Of a stretch of 64,000 nucleotides of DNA, positions 50,391 through 62,555 are shown one piece after another (within the stretch, counting starts at the first letter, position 1; each line of letters begins with the position of its first letter). Where the stretch lies: contig NW_019217817.1 in NCBI RefSeq assembly GCF_002571385.2, positions 423,364-487,363 of the forward strand, read 5' to 3'. This stretch comes from Stylophora pistillata. Taxonomy: Eukaryota. Below the pieces are notes generated by a model that saw nothing but the letters and a program-made list of their open reading frames with translations, was not told the origin of the DNA and did not search any database. A program made the translations under genes and the position numbers.

Positions 50391-53300
50391 ATTATGGCAG
50401 ATAAATATAGAGTATAAACTTATAGAGTATCAGAAAAAGAACAATAAGTTAGATTAGTTTACCACGTATGACCAGCAGGACTGGTCTTTCTGTTTATTTT
50501 ACACATTTAATTAGTTCCTAGAACTGAACTGAACATTTCCATTTTCTTACCAAATATTCTTAAAGTGGAGTGGATTGGCAAGACTTTTTTATCCGTAGTG
50601 TAGGTGAACTAACGTGCACAGCAACTGCAATGGTCACTGTTCATTTGCTCTTCTGTTTGTTGGTTTGTTTGTTTATTTTTTTTTTCTGTCGTTTCAGATG
50701 ACAATTGAATAGAAGGAAAATTTCCACACCTACCAGCTTTTTTCTGAAATACAGTTGAGATTTTCCACTAGGGAGTATCAGGATTCCAGACTATTATTGG
50801 ACAACTTCCAAAGTCTTTTAAGGATAATGGAAGACATCCAAAAAGCCAAACTGTAAAAGTTTGAAGTAAACTAGTTTTACCTCTGAAGCATGCTGACCTC
50901 AGATTTAGATAATGCAGTTATGTAAATTATTTTGCCAGCATATGTTGGCATGAGCTTGCTAGCTATCCAAACTTTTACAGAATGAATTTAATGGTGTTAG
51001 AGACAGTTCTGTTCTGACCATAATTGATAAAATGGTACATTCTGATGTAGGCTTTTTTGTAAACATAAGGATAGTCTTTACGAGTTTGTGGATATATTTC
51101 AAATATATTAGCGAAATAGTACTATTAGGTGGTGCATTGTTTTTTAGACGAAGTTTGCCGCACTTGAACTTGAAGGGTGATTTAGATTTATTTTTCAAAG
51201 TTTTTCGAAAGTGTGGTTCTTATTTTATGTAAACAATTTGATTCAGTATCACTGCTCTGTTATCAATCAAGATAGATTGAATGCTATTCACTAATTTGAA
51301 ACTTGACAGAGGAAGTTACTGTTTTCAAATGGCGGCTTACATTAAACTTCTTATGGAACAAAAGGTAATTTAAAGTACAACATAGTTGTTGATTCAAATT
51401 GTAGGAACGATATAAGTGCATGTTATTTTATTTTGGCGAAAAAACGAATTTTTATCGATATGTATTTTTTTTTTTTTCACTTTTAGAGCGACAGATAATG
51501 TATGCTTTCATTTGTAGTGTTAAGTGTTTTTCGACAGAGTCAAATTCCCCTTGTAGAGGGAAGAGAAGAGCCTTCATGCCGTTTACTGTTTTTACCATAG
51601 TTTATATGATTATTATATTTTTAAACGCGGGTAATTTATATCCTTTCTTAGAATAGATCGTTTTTTAGAAAATCATCTCGCTTTAAAAATGTATTCCGTT
51701 TGCCTTTGTATTTTACACAAGGATAGTCGAATAAAAGTATTTTTTACCATTCTGATGACATTGTGCGCTATTTCTTGCGTTTTTCCAGGCAAACTAACAT
51801 ACCACAAATGGCATGTCTTATAAGTTATCTATCTCAATTTCAGTGAAGGGAAGGATATGAACCACAAGTAGGCGCACTTAACAAAAAAAGAAAAAAAAGG
51901 AAAGATCATTCAAACTAATTCTCTATGAAAAATCCAAATTAGAGGAATGAAACTCGCCTTCAAATTGCGACGTTTGTCTGAGTTTTTACTGACAAAGACG
52001 GCGGAACTGGGTGGGGGGCGTAAGCCCCTACAATTTTGCGAGAACGACATTTTATTTTGTGTTAGCATGAGGTACATATGAAGAATAAAAAAGGAAGAAA
52101 AGGTAAAAAGCTCGGTTCACTACAAATTATCCCCCGCGATCGCAATGAGGTTGGATTTCCTGGGCAAAGTTAGTTACCACTGTATGGAGAATATTACTCG
52201 GTGGCGGAAATTTTTCGTCAGAAAATATTTCATGGAGAGAGGCACTAGATTTCAAAATATTTCTGGGGAAGGATGGCCCCAGACCCCCTTCCCCCAACAA
52301 GTTCACGCCAGAAGTTGCTAAAAATTTGCAACCTAAATGTCTTGATCTTTTTATATGAGCGTTAATTAAAAACCATATTCAGTTTCGTTTTTCACAATAA
52401 TTGCTAACGTCGGTCAAGAAAAACAGCTTGAAACGTAGCTTCAAAGAGTTGCTCGCAAATATGTGTGACGTTTAGGGAAACTTAGGTCTAACGGAACAAA
52501 ACACAAAGTTCATTTGACGTCCTGCCGAACGTCATTTTAGTCAATTATCCGTTAAAATATTAGATAAAGCTCGCAATAGGCCTGCGAACGTTTTCCAACC
52601 ACAGATTATGTGTTTGTTTTAATTATAACAGTACGTTCGTCACGCTCGTCTTCGCGCCAGAATCCTCCTGCAATTTTTTTCTTCTTTGTTTTGCATGCTC
52701 CGAACAATTTGATGATGCCTGCTTACGTACTAGTTCAATTCCCCCCTAACAAAGTAGACAATTACGCCGAAAACAAAATTGTTATGACAGGTGTTCCCAG
52801 TTCCTCTCTACTTTTTTCCAAGCTGGGCATGTACACTGGTTTTAATCGTCACAGATTTTGATAAGTAATGGAAGAGTTAAATAATAAAAAGAAATTCTAC
52901 TTCGAGTAGAAGTAGTTCATTCATACAATCAGCGTGGTTTCAAATACATCTTGATTAAGTGCTAAAATTTACGAATGATTTTATTCTTCGTGTTGGTTTG
53001 AACCGGAACGACGATCAGGACCAGTCTTCAGTAAAGGTTAAAGAGCGCATGCGCGAGCCGGAAGCATCGCTACGTTGTGCATCGTCTGTCTTCTATAAGC
53101 TAATTCAGGGTGACAAAACCAGACTATACAGAATAACTCAATAGCGTGATAAACCACTTTTGTTTCCAGGAATTGATTGCAGATGGTAATTTCATTACCT
53201 ACTGATTGGTTCTTCCTTCCTTTAATTAATCAATGAATTAACTAAATTAGGTATTGATCGATTAATGACGTATTTAAACCGTCCGCACGGCTATTAAGTA

Positions 53301-53707
53301 TTTGTCCTTGTATATCAATCCATAACCCCGTTTATATTACAATAACCATCGACAGTCTAGTTGTCTATTGTGAATGATTTGACTGGGTTTTTGATGCCTA
53401 TAGCCCAGTTTCCCGCCTGAACGTTGCGTGGTCTCGTTCCGCTAGGGAAATCATGTCTGAGCGAGATACCTACAAATTAAACTATTATCAGCTACCTTAC
53501 TGATAACTTATTGCATTCCATCATCATTTAAAGCTATAAAGTTCTAGTTACATAGTAGACATGATTTGTTTCCTCTCGGTCAGCTATCCCAGAAGAGAAG
53601 TGAAGGAAGGATGAGCGCTAATATTCTTGGAATACGATTTTTCCCCATTAAATTTGAGCGGGTATCGATTTTTACGTCTTCCGACGAGTACGCCTTTCGT
53701 TAGTCGA

Positions 53708-56700
53708 CTACAAGATCCTTTTTGGTCTCTTCACGTCAGTTTTCTTTCCCGTATATGAAGGAAAACTTGACTGACAGCAGCCCTTCCCACAGTAAGACGG
53801 GCAGAACTGTGGTGTATGCCGTAAGCATTGCACCGGGCAGGCGGGCTGAGGGGGCATGGGCGGAGGAGCTGGATAAGGGGCTCGTGCTGGAGCGTAAACA
53901 GGAGGAGCGGGATAAGACACAGGTATCGCTGGAATTGTAGGACCCACCATGACGTGTGGAGTTGGGGCGACGGGTTGGATGATAGCAGGAGGACTACACG
54001 GACTCCCAGTAGAGCAAGCAATGCTGCATGTAGGAGGTGTGCAAGGGACTGGGCACCCTGCGGGTTTGCAGCCTGAGAAACCAGGTGGAAACTTAACTCC
54101 TGTGGAAGAAAGACAGAAAAGCAAAATTTTTTTAACCCACGGTTAGCTCCGGAAGGTAGTTTCACGAAGTTACTTCCTTGACGAGAATAGTTCTAACTCC
54201 AGTATAAAAGGGACCACTTAACCATTGAACCTTTGTTGTAATTTCGGCCTTCAAAACAATTAAGTTACCGACAGAGAATTACTATCATTTGACAAAATTC
54301 TTGACGATACACTTCCGACTGGTTTTACATACACTTCTTCTTTCTGCTGTTGTCTGTTTCCGTTTGTCTTCATTATAGGCGGTTTATGTTTAAACATCGA
54401 ATACATACTTTTCTACCGACTCACTCTTGTACCACTAATCAGAAATTGTAATAACTTGTAGCAATTTACTCACCCGTCCCATTGTATAGTCTCAGTGGTA
54501 ATTTATCAACAGGAATTCCTCCCATAAATCCAGTTTTCAGTAAATTTAGTAAAAGTTGCACGGGGTTAGGTATGGTGTTTAAGAACCTCAGGTAGAAATC
54601 TACGAGAAGACTGCCGGGACTGCCAGAGAACAAAAACAAGAAGTAATCAAATTTCATTACATTCGTATTATCAATGCATATGAGAGCAATTTTCAGTGTC
54701 CAAATTAATCCAGAATAGCCTTGATTGCTTTAATGGTCCAGAGAACTCGCAACACTCTCTCAACGCTAAACTAAAACCAATCACGACTTGATCGCGCGCG
54801 TTTTCCTGGATCTTTTCCCGCGCTTTAGGCAGTTTGGTGGGTTTTATTTTGAGTTCTAATCGGCTCTTAAAGGTATTTTCCTTTCTTCTGACTGGCTGTT
54901 GTGATCACGTTGGATTTGGTTTAACGATATTCAATCGAAAAGCGCTCTTGAGTATGGTGATCTGAACCAATTAGGAAATCGTACTGAGGTAGCATGGATA
55001 TACATTGCTTCCACTCAATGCATTTCAAAATACTTTAACCCTTTCATTGCCACGGATCTCATCAGTAATTCTCCTTACTGTCTGCCATACAATTCTTATC
55101 AGGTAAGTTTGGAGAATTTGGTATTGGATCAACATAAAATCCCCTTGTTGATATTTTTCTCTAACACTTGTCTGCTTGTCATTGTATTGATATTGTAAGG
55201 ACAAATTCTGTCTTGATCACTCGAGAGTGAAAGTGTTAACGCTCGACTTACACGTTACTGGATCAAGTTCTGCTTACGACTATTCAGCCTATGATTTTTT
55301 AGGGTCAATCGGGCCTTTTGGTGCTCATATAAAAACCAGAAGGGATTTTCTCTTTTCAGTACTGACATGTAGAAACGCACTGTTTCGATTTTCACAGAGT
55401 TGTCCTATCTCTGGTATGATTCCAACATGATCAAAAATAGCAAGTGGCCGTGTACATGCATTAGCTTTGGAAGAATACGTAGCTGTTTCGAGAAAATTTT
55501 TCGGAAAAAAAAACGTTTAAAACGTTAAAAACGCACGCGGCAACCTCAAATGTTATTGTCGGTAGTTTTTAGGTCACGGTTCCTTGACCTCACGATTTCA
55601 GGGAAATCTGAGAAAATGTCACTGTCAGGACGAAGCAGGGCAGGTTTGATGAATTTATTTATTTGACTTAACAAAATTCATTGAATACCGGATACACAGA
55701 TTACTTTTCAAGATTGTTGCGTGCACTTTTGTCCTTTTTTCTGACAACCTTTCTCAAAACAGCTGTTTACACATTTCATCTGTGCTGTAAGCATATAACT
55801 ATCCAAATTTTGAATGTTTAATGTTCGCCTCTGTTCTCCCCTTAACGGCACTTACCGGAAACTTTGAACATTGCATTCTTTGACAGCCTTGCCCCCTTGG
55901 ATAGCTGACTTTACCTAGGAAAAAAAAGCATTTGGACCCAAGATAGATGGAGATAGATAGATAGTTTATTTCAAAAACATTGCAACCCGGCAACAATATT
56001 AAGAAATATATAAGAAATGATAACATACTTTTAAAATATTAAAAATTAGGTAACATACAATTAATAAAGTCAGCTTATACAGAGCGTGCGTGAACATGTT
56101 TCAAGTTATGACCGGCCGTCAGAAATGTTTTGATTCGCGCTGTTAAAAAAAGACTATTCTACACGCTTCAAGCTCAGTTGGTTGATTCGGAGGGAGAAAC
56201 GAAAGTTATGAAACAGCGCGCGGCACGCTGGTGCAACTTTTGAAATAATGTATAAGACGCAGAAAACAATTCTTAGCTTGCAAATCAACGTGGCTGGACA
56301 ATTAGCTAATAAACAATTACAAGCTCTTCTTGCATACTAATATTAACCAAAGCTATTTCGCAGAAATTTTGGTCATTATTGATATGTTACCTTAGTACAG
56401 AGGTTCTTTGCCAGTGTCTTGAACTGTGCTGATTTTTTATTGTTGAGTACAGGCTTGTGTGCAGCACTAGGTAATCTCACTACTGCATTGAACGACTTCT
56501 GACGAGAACCTTTCCACAGAAAGAGAGAAAAGTTACCTATGTGTCATGGTATGCTCCAAAAATTCCATTGCTTTCCCTATAATTTTGTATTACCTTTCTT
56601 CCGCATTCGGCTTTTTACTTTGCAACCTAAACGTTTTCGTGGTGGGTTATCATTATCCTTATATCGAGCTTTTAATGTTTGTCTGTCTATTTATCATAGC

Positions 56701-57929
56701 TTTTTTGTATACGTGCAGCTTCTCAGCTGCTAAGTGTTATTTTAACAAACACATGTATCTACGCAAGGCGCAACTGACTGTATTTGTTTAGAGAGACCGC
56801 TGTCATACTTCACTACTTTACAAAGACGCACCTGGTTTATTTCCAACTGACCCTGGCTTGGCGGTGGCGGCTGTTGTTGGTGTGGTGCCACCGGCTCCAG
56901 GCTTTGTAGACAGGGTCGGCTTTGTTGCTGCTTTCACTCCAGTTCCAGACGACGTCACTGATGGAGTCGCCAATGATACCGGAGCCACTGTTGGCTTACC
57001 TGCGGATTTGGCTGCCGCAGCGGCCTTAGCTGCTTGAGCTGATTTAGCCTGAGCTGCTGCCTTGGCGGCTGATGCTGCGCTCTTTGCTGCAGACGATTTA
57101 ACGTTGGCTACCACTGCTGCGGCTGCTGCTTTATTTTTAGCTCCGGCTGCTTTGTTTGCTGCGGATGCAGCCTTCGCGGCTGACGCAGCTTTTATTTTGG
57201 CTGCTGCTTTAGCGACCGCTGCAGCTTTTGCTGCATTAGCCGCCTTGGCTTTTGCTGCATTAGCAACAGCTACTGCCGCCTTGGCATTTGCTTGTGCCTT
57301 GGCATTAGCGGCTGCTTTTGCCGCTGCTGTTGCTTTGGCTGCCTGTGCTGCTTGCTGAATTGATTTCGCGTGAGCTTTGGCGGCGGCAGCTGCAGTTGAT
57401 GCTGCGACCTTGGCAGCGTTTGCTTTCTTTGCCGCTGCTGCTGCTACAGCTGCAACTGCCGCTTTTGCTGTTGCTTGAGCTTTAGCGGCAGCTGCACTTT
57501 TCCCAGCTGCTGCAGCCTTGGCTACTGCCACTGCTTTGACCGCAGCTTGTGCTTTAGCAGCTGCAGCAGCTTTAGCTTTGGTAGCCGCTGCCGCAGCAGC
57601 CACGGCCTTAGCAGCTGCCACCTTCTTCGCATTCGCAGCTGCTTGCGCTTTTGCGGCAGCATTAGTAGCCGCTACTTTTGCTGCAGCGACTGCTTTTTTG
57701 GCAGCTTTAACAGCCTTAGAGTTAGCCACTGCCTTGGCAGCAGCCGCTGCGTTAGCTGCCGCCACTGCTGTTTTGACTGTGGGAGTAGTCAGTTTCACTG
57801 TGGCTGCCGTTATTTTGGTCGTTGCCGCTGAGGTTGGCTTCGAATTTGCTACCGGTTTCACACCAAGAACAATTTTTAAGGGGAGCCCAGCCACGCCCGG
57901 ACAGATAACATCGTTAAGGGGAGATGTGG
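53708..57929 (-). CDS. Ala/Lys-rich, SEA-domain, Pro-rich and minicollagen-like Cys-rich protein (well-supported 3' exons)
   Basis: Exons 57929-56832 (Thr/Pro and Ala/Lys-rich), 56509-56391 (SFNAVVRL..LNNKKSAQFKTLAKNL), 55914-55856 (..CNVQSFR), 54619-54474 (PGSLLVDFYLRF..), 54099-53708 (Cys/Pro-rich, CPVQCLRHTPQFCPSYCGKGCC). All are GT-AG and phase-compatible; the spliced FRPGSLLVDF is the SEA signature. Confidence 0.88.
54680..54950. mobile_element. MITE-like element
   Basis: Termini agagcaattttc / gaaaagcgctct. Confidence 0.5.
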
Positions 57930-58276
57930 CTGAAAAATATGGGAATACATGTCAATATAGAAATGGTGTTATAATCGTGGAAATGATTACAATATTTTGC
58001 ATTACAGTCTGCAACGCAAACTGCTCTCAAAGACGCACCCTTTTATTTATTGCCTTTTATTATTTCGTAATATCGGTTGCAAATTAAAACCCTTAGTATA
58101 ACAGCTAGTGTCGTAAATGGCCCTCTATTTTTACAGAATGTCTAAATTTATGACATTGTTCTTCTTATAATAAAGCCGAGTATTCAGTAATCAAAGTAGC
58201 CATAAGAAGATCTGTCCCACTACGAGCCGCTAACTCCGAGTTCTCTTTGAAAGTAAACACTGGATAGTTAACTTAC

Positions 58277-58689
58277 TTGGAACTGTGAACTGAATAGACT
58301 GATCCCCCAGACCATAGGAATCCCCTAGAGCTGCCGGGATAATTGGTTGAGAAAAAAGTTCTGTCAATACTGGAGACCAATTAATGTAAGTTGACAAATT
58401 TTCACGGTTACATTGGTTCTTACTTGTAAGGTTTCGTTTTGTTCCTCCCTTTAAACGACTACGTTTCCCTAGACATGGATCTGTGTGTAAGGAGATTAAA
58501 ATAATGTATCACGCACTCCTAGGCCCAAATTATTTAGACGCTCGTTGAGATATAAAATCTTAAATGTTCAATATACTGAATGTAGCACCTGTTATATCAA
58601 CCGGCGTATAATACCATCCACACATATACAATAAATGATATTTATGGTAATATTCATGTCAACCACTTACTTCCCCAGTTAACTTCCAT
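58277..58689 (-). CDS. Candidate upstream micro-exons of the SEA/Cys-rich gene
   Basis: 58689-58671 (MEVNWG), 58468-58424 (45 nt) and 58324-58277 (48 nt) have GTAAG donors and phase-1 junctions in frame with the large exon. They encode no signal peptide, so the true start is uncertain. Confidence 0.45.
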
Positions 58690-61600
58690 ATACCAACAAG
58701 CTGGTCTTGACTTCTCAGTCAACAGCTTGTTTTCTTAACTTTCAGGACATTGAGAAGATTAATGGAATAGCCGGTGATTTTCACAGCATAGAGATCTAAA
58801 TCTTCCTGGCAAACCTGATGCTCATGCGAGCCAATCGGCATGAAAAAGTAAGGGGGCAGGGTGAAGCGACGAAATCTCCGACTTTAAAATTGTTTAAGGT
58901 ACAGCTTACCCATATACCTCCCCTTTTCCCTTCCCTCCACGACGTAAAATGACTACTAACAGTTCTTCATGAAACTTGTAAATAACAAAATATATATCGC
59001 AATATCTTTGGTTAGGTGACTGATTGTATTTGTTTTGGCTATGAAACTACGGAAAGATAATGTTTTTGTTCTCACCAGACGGGAAACACCATGACCATGG
59101 TATTAGTCTCAACGCGAAACGATGCCGGCTTACCATTCGCTTCTCTAATGATTCGAATTTTGTTTCCCTCCCTAGAGCTTGTCATAAAAAGAGCTAACGA
59201 GGCGGGATTTATGACTGCTCGTCCTCGGTCATCACGATGAAGTTTTATTGCGTCCTCTAGCCTTTGGAGAACAGAGTGTTCGGCAGCTTTTCTCTCTGGA
59301 CGAAAAGCAAAGTCAAAAAATTTCTCAATAAACTTCTTGACTGAATCAAACGTAGCCTGCCATCTTGTGTTTTCATGATTGTCCTTAAGTGTGGCCGAGT
59401 ACGTATTTTAATAGATGGCACACTTTCTTTGCAAAAGGTCGAAATTTGCTAGACTTATTTCTGGTCTTAACACTTGATACACCATTGTTCTTACATTGTA
59501 TCCATACGATTTCTTTTGTATGGAAGTTTTGGTGTTCCGGCAGTTAAACAATTTCGTCGAACTCTTAGTCAGTACCATAAACGACATACAGTCACTAGAT
59601 CTGAATCAGACATGATCCAAACTGAGCGGATTAGCTTCTTTATAGTTATAGAACTTTGGTACCTAACGTTGGCCATGCTCTCACCAAGCCACCAGTGGTG
59701 AAAGTGCTACGCATATTGTAGCAGTTGAAGTACAAAGAGTCAGCATTATTTTTGTAGAACTTCCGTCTATTTAAATCGCGATTGATTCAAACGTGAAATT
59801 TACTTATGAAAACATAATACACCTAGCTAATTAATGGGATAATTGAAAGTCAACACCAACCCCGCTAACTCGAACCATTTTTCCATTCCCTTAGAAGTTT
59901 GAGCTAGCGGGGGTCTATCGTATCTTTTCAGTAGGTCTGAGGTACGTGTCCCATGATTTAAGAACAGGCGATCATGTGGCTGACCTTAACTACCATATGA
60001 TCAACGGTGTGTTTAATCGGCGGAATCTATTATAAGATAAAGGTCAGGTTTATAGTGTTTAGCTTTCTTACCGGAAAGCATGATCACCTTAATTTTTAGA
60101 AACTACTGACTCCTTTGTTATGATAATTTTGATAGCAAGTTCGGATGTCTCTTGTTTCTGGATCGGAAGGACTTTGTAACTTCCGGCGGACAAAATATTA
60201 AGGTGGGTATTACAGGATACAAGCCGCTCCTTGTTTGTAATTTACTGATGATTTTTAATTTGTTTTTTTAAGAAAGATTCAAATCATCGGTGAGGTTTTT
60301 CACATCAAGCCATTGGAAATTAATACGACTGATAAAAAAGAGAGAAACAAATTGACAGCTTATAGAGAACTTTATCTTTCAATAACGTGACTTTCGCGAT
60401 ACCATTGTATGGATACTAGGACCGTTCTGTCTGTTTATTTCCTTAATTATAATTTGGACGAAATACTAGTGAACTGGAAGCAAAACCAGCAATGATTCAC
60501 CATGATATCTCTTCATGCTTTCCTGCTTCTACGCTGCTAATTTGCGTATTTAGACTCGCATGCCCACCCGACAGCTCAGTAAGTATGTGGTGCTCAGACT
60601 TCGTCTGATAACAGGAAAAACAGTGATGGCAAAGCAAGCCCAAAACGGCGGAAATCGCCAAAAAATACAACGGATACACAAGAAGTGAGTCAGTTTTATC
60701 AATGTTAAGTGTAAAATGTTCATATTTCGGAATATTTAGTGTTGTAAACGGACCTTATTTCGCTGCCTGTACCATTCTTTCTAACGCATTCAAATTCTTT
60801 ACGGCTCCTCGCGTAACTTACACCGCGTCATACGACGCGTAACGCTTTCAAGAAATAATCTTTCGTTTTTTCCTCGAGACGTGAGCTTGGGACGCCTGTG
60901 GTTACACAGGCACTTGGCTTTTTTCAAAGGGAGCTAACAGTTACGAATTTCTGCGCACCTGAAGTGTAGCGACTTACACCGCTACTGTACCGGGAAGGAC
61001 CTGTAAACGGAATGTCTGGCACCCCAAGAGATTTATACCCCGAGGATTCTTCGAATTCGGGCATTTTCACAAACCTGAATTGCAAAATTTTTATGTTTTT
61101 GATTTATCACAAAGTGTTATCGAATAAAGGGAGGGACAAGGGCATCTTAGGACCCCAGTCCTCCTCCAGTTTCGTGCATCTCATCGGTCGAAGGAAAATA
61201 CAGGACCGATTCTTCCCTAACTTGCGAGACTTTCAGTTGTTGAAATTTGCCTCAGCAGAGAATCAAAAGTGCTCTTATACTGGTCCATAAACGCGAGGTC
61301 TGTTTTCCAGTGAGCAAGGAAAATTGAAACGAACTGAAATGAAAGTTCGATGCGAGTCGTTTTCGTGAAATACCCACGTTGTGAAATCAGATGGATGCTT
61401 CATGCCTAGTTACTGAGTACCGTTGAAATTTGCTCAGACATGTTCAAATTGCGTGGACTATAGTTAGTAGTGCGACCTCTATTAACTATGCGTGGATGTA
61501 GTGTAACACCTACCGTCCTTTCCCCAAGAAATCCTTGTGAGAATGAAAAAATATGCGAGGACAGCCAACCTTCAGCTGAAAAGTAAAGATAAGCGTCAAC

Positions 61601-62513
61601 ATGCTAACAAACCAAAAAGCTAACTTTATCAATTTGATCTTCAACTATAATCTTGTGAAAATGAATTGCAGCTGTGACAACATCGCGAATTGCGTGTGTG
61701 TATGTGTGGGTGTGTGTGTGTGGGGGGGGCAGGGTGTGGAAAGGTTGAATGCTTGCGTTCACCTGCTTTGTCACGAAAATGGCGATTATTCATAATCAAC
61801 AGTGACAACTGAACAACCCGTGAGTCCCACGCTAATAAAGACTGCCTATGGTAAAAATATTTTCCAAGTCACTTTAGCTGGATGACTTTTCAGAACATTG
61901 CTAACAACTGCTAAGGTAAAAAAAAAAAGAAAAAAACTTGAAAGAATTCATGTGAGGGAAGACCCGATAAATCCCTCAATTAAACTGCGAAAATGGGTGG
62001 AATCGCCGAAAGGAATGAAGATTGATTGATTATCAGTGTCTGTTTTATCGGTCAGTTTCATTGCCACGCTTTGGTTACTTGTAATACAAATTTTGACTTG
62101 TCAGATAAGATAATTTCTCACAGTATACAACCTTTATTTTATTTTTTTCTATGGTGCGCAAACTAAACTATGTGGCAGTTTAAGAAAACCTTTAAAGTCT
62201 CTGACGACATTCGAGGGGATTAATTCCTCCTTCATTTGTAGCTAGAATTAAGTAAAACAACTGAATGGGTTAAAGCACCATTTAATATTCTGCATCGGGT
62301 AAACATATTTACCAAGATAAGAATTGGTAGAACTTCATTCCGTCATCATATCGTCAAGGAGAAACAATAGTTTTCATAAAAAAGAACTGAGTCATCAATA
62401 CTTGATAATAATATTCAGCTAGGGCTAATTTTGAGTCTCGGAGGCGACTCCAATTTTCGGCTTAACTAGACAAGAAAAAAAGTTCACAGTTTCGATAGGC
62501 TTGATTAGAAAAA

Positions 62514-62516
<3 letters not shown>

Positions 62517-62553
<37 letters not shown>
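62517..62553 (+). repeat. Poly(A) tract
   Basis: Direct reading of the sequence. Confidence 0.9.

Positions 62554-62555
<2 letters not shown>

Noticed and set aside
56832-57929. Antifreeze protein, histone H1 or TolA assignment for the Ala/Lys exon
   Set aside because: The similarity is compositional only; there is no regular 11-residue Thr periodicity or H1 globular domain, and the context is SEA plus Cys-rich domain.
57062-58087. Plus-strand Ala-rich ORFs
   Set aside because: They are antisense shadows of the GCN-rich minus-strand exon, which has valid splice sites and joins the SEA exons.
60497-60679. Signal-peptide-like ORF (MYPLYFLAISAVLGLL) as first exon of the SEA gene
   Set aside because: It starts at GTG rather than ATG, and the hydrophobic stretch overlaps a pyrimidine-rich acceptor-like tract. 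I could not link it in frame.
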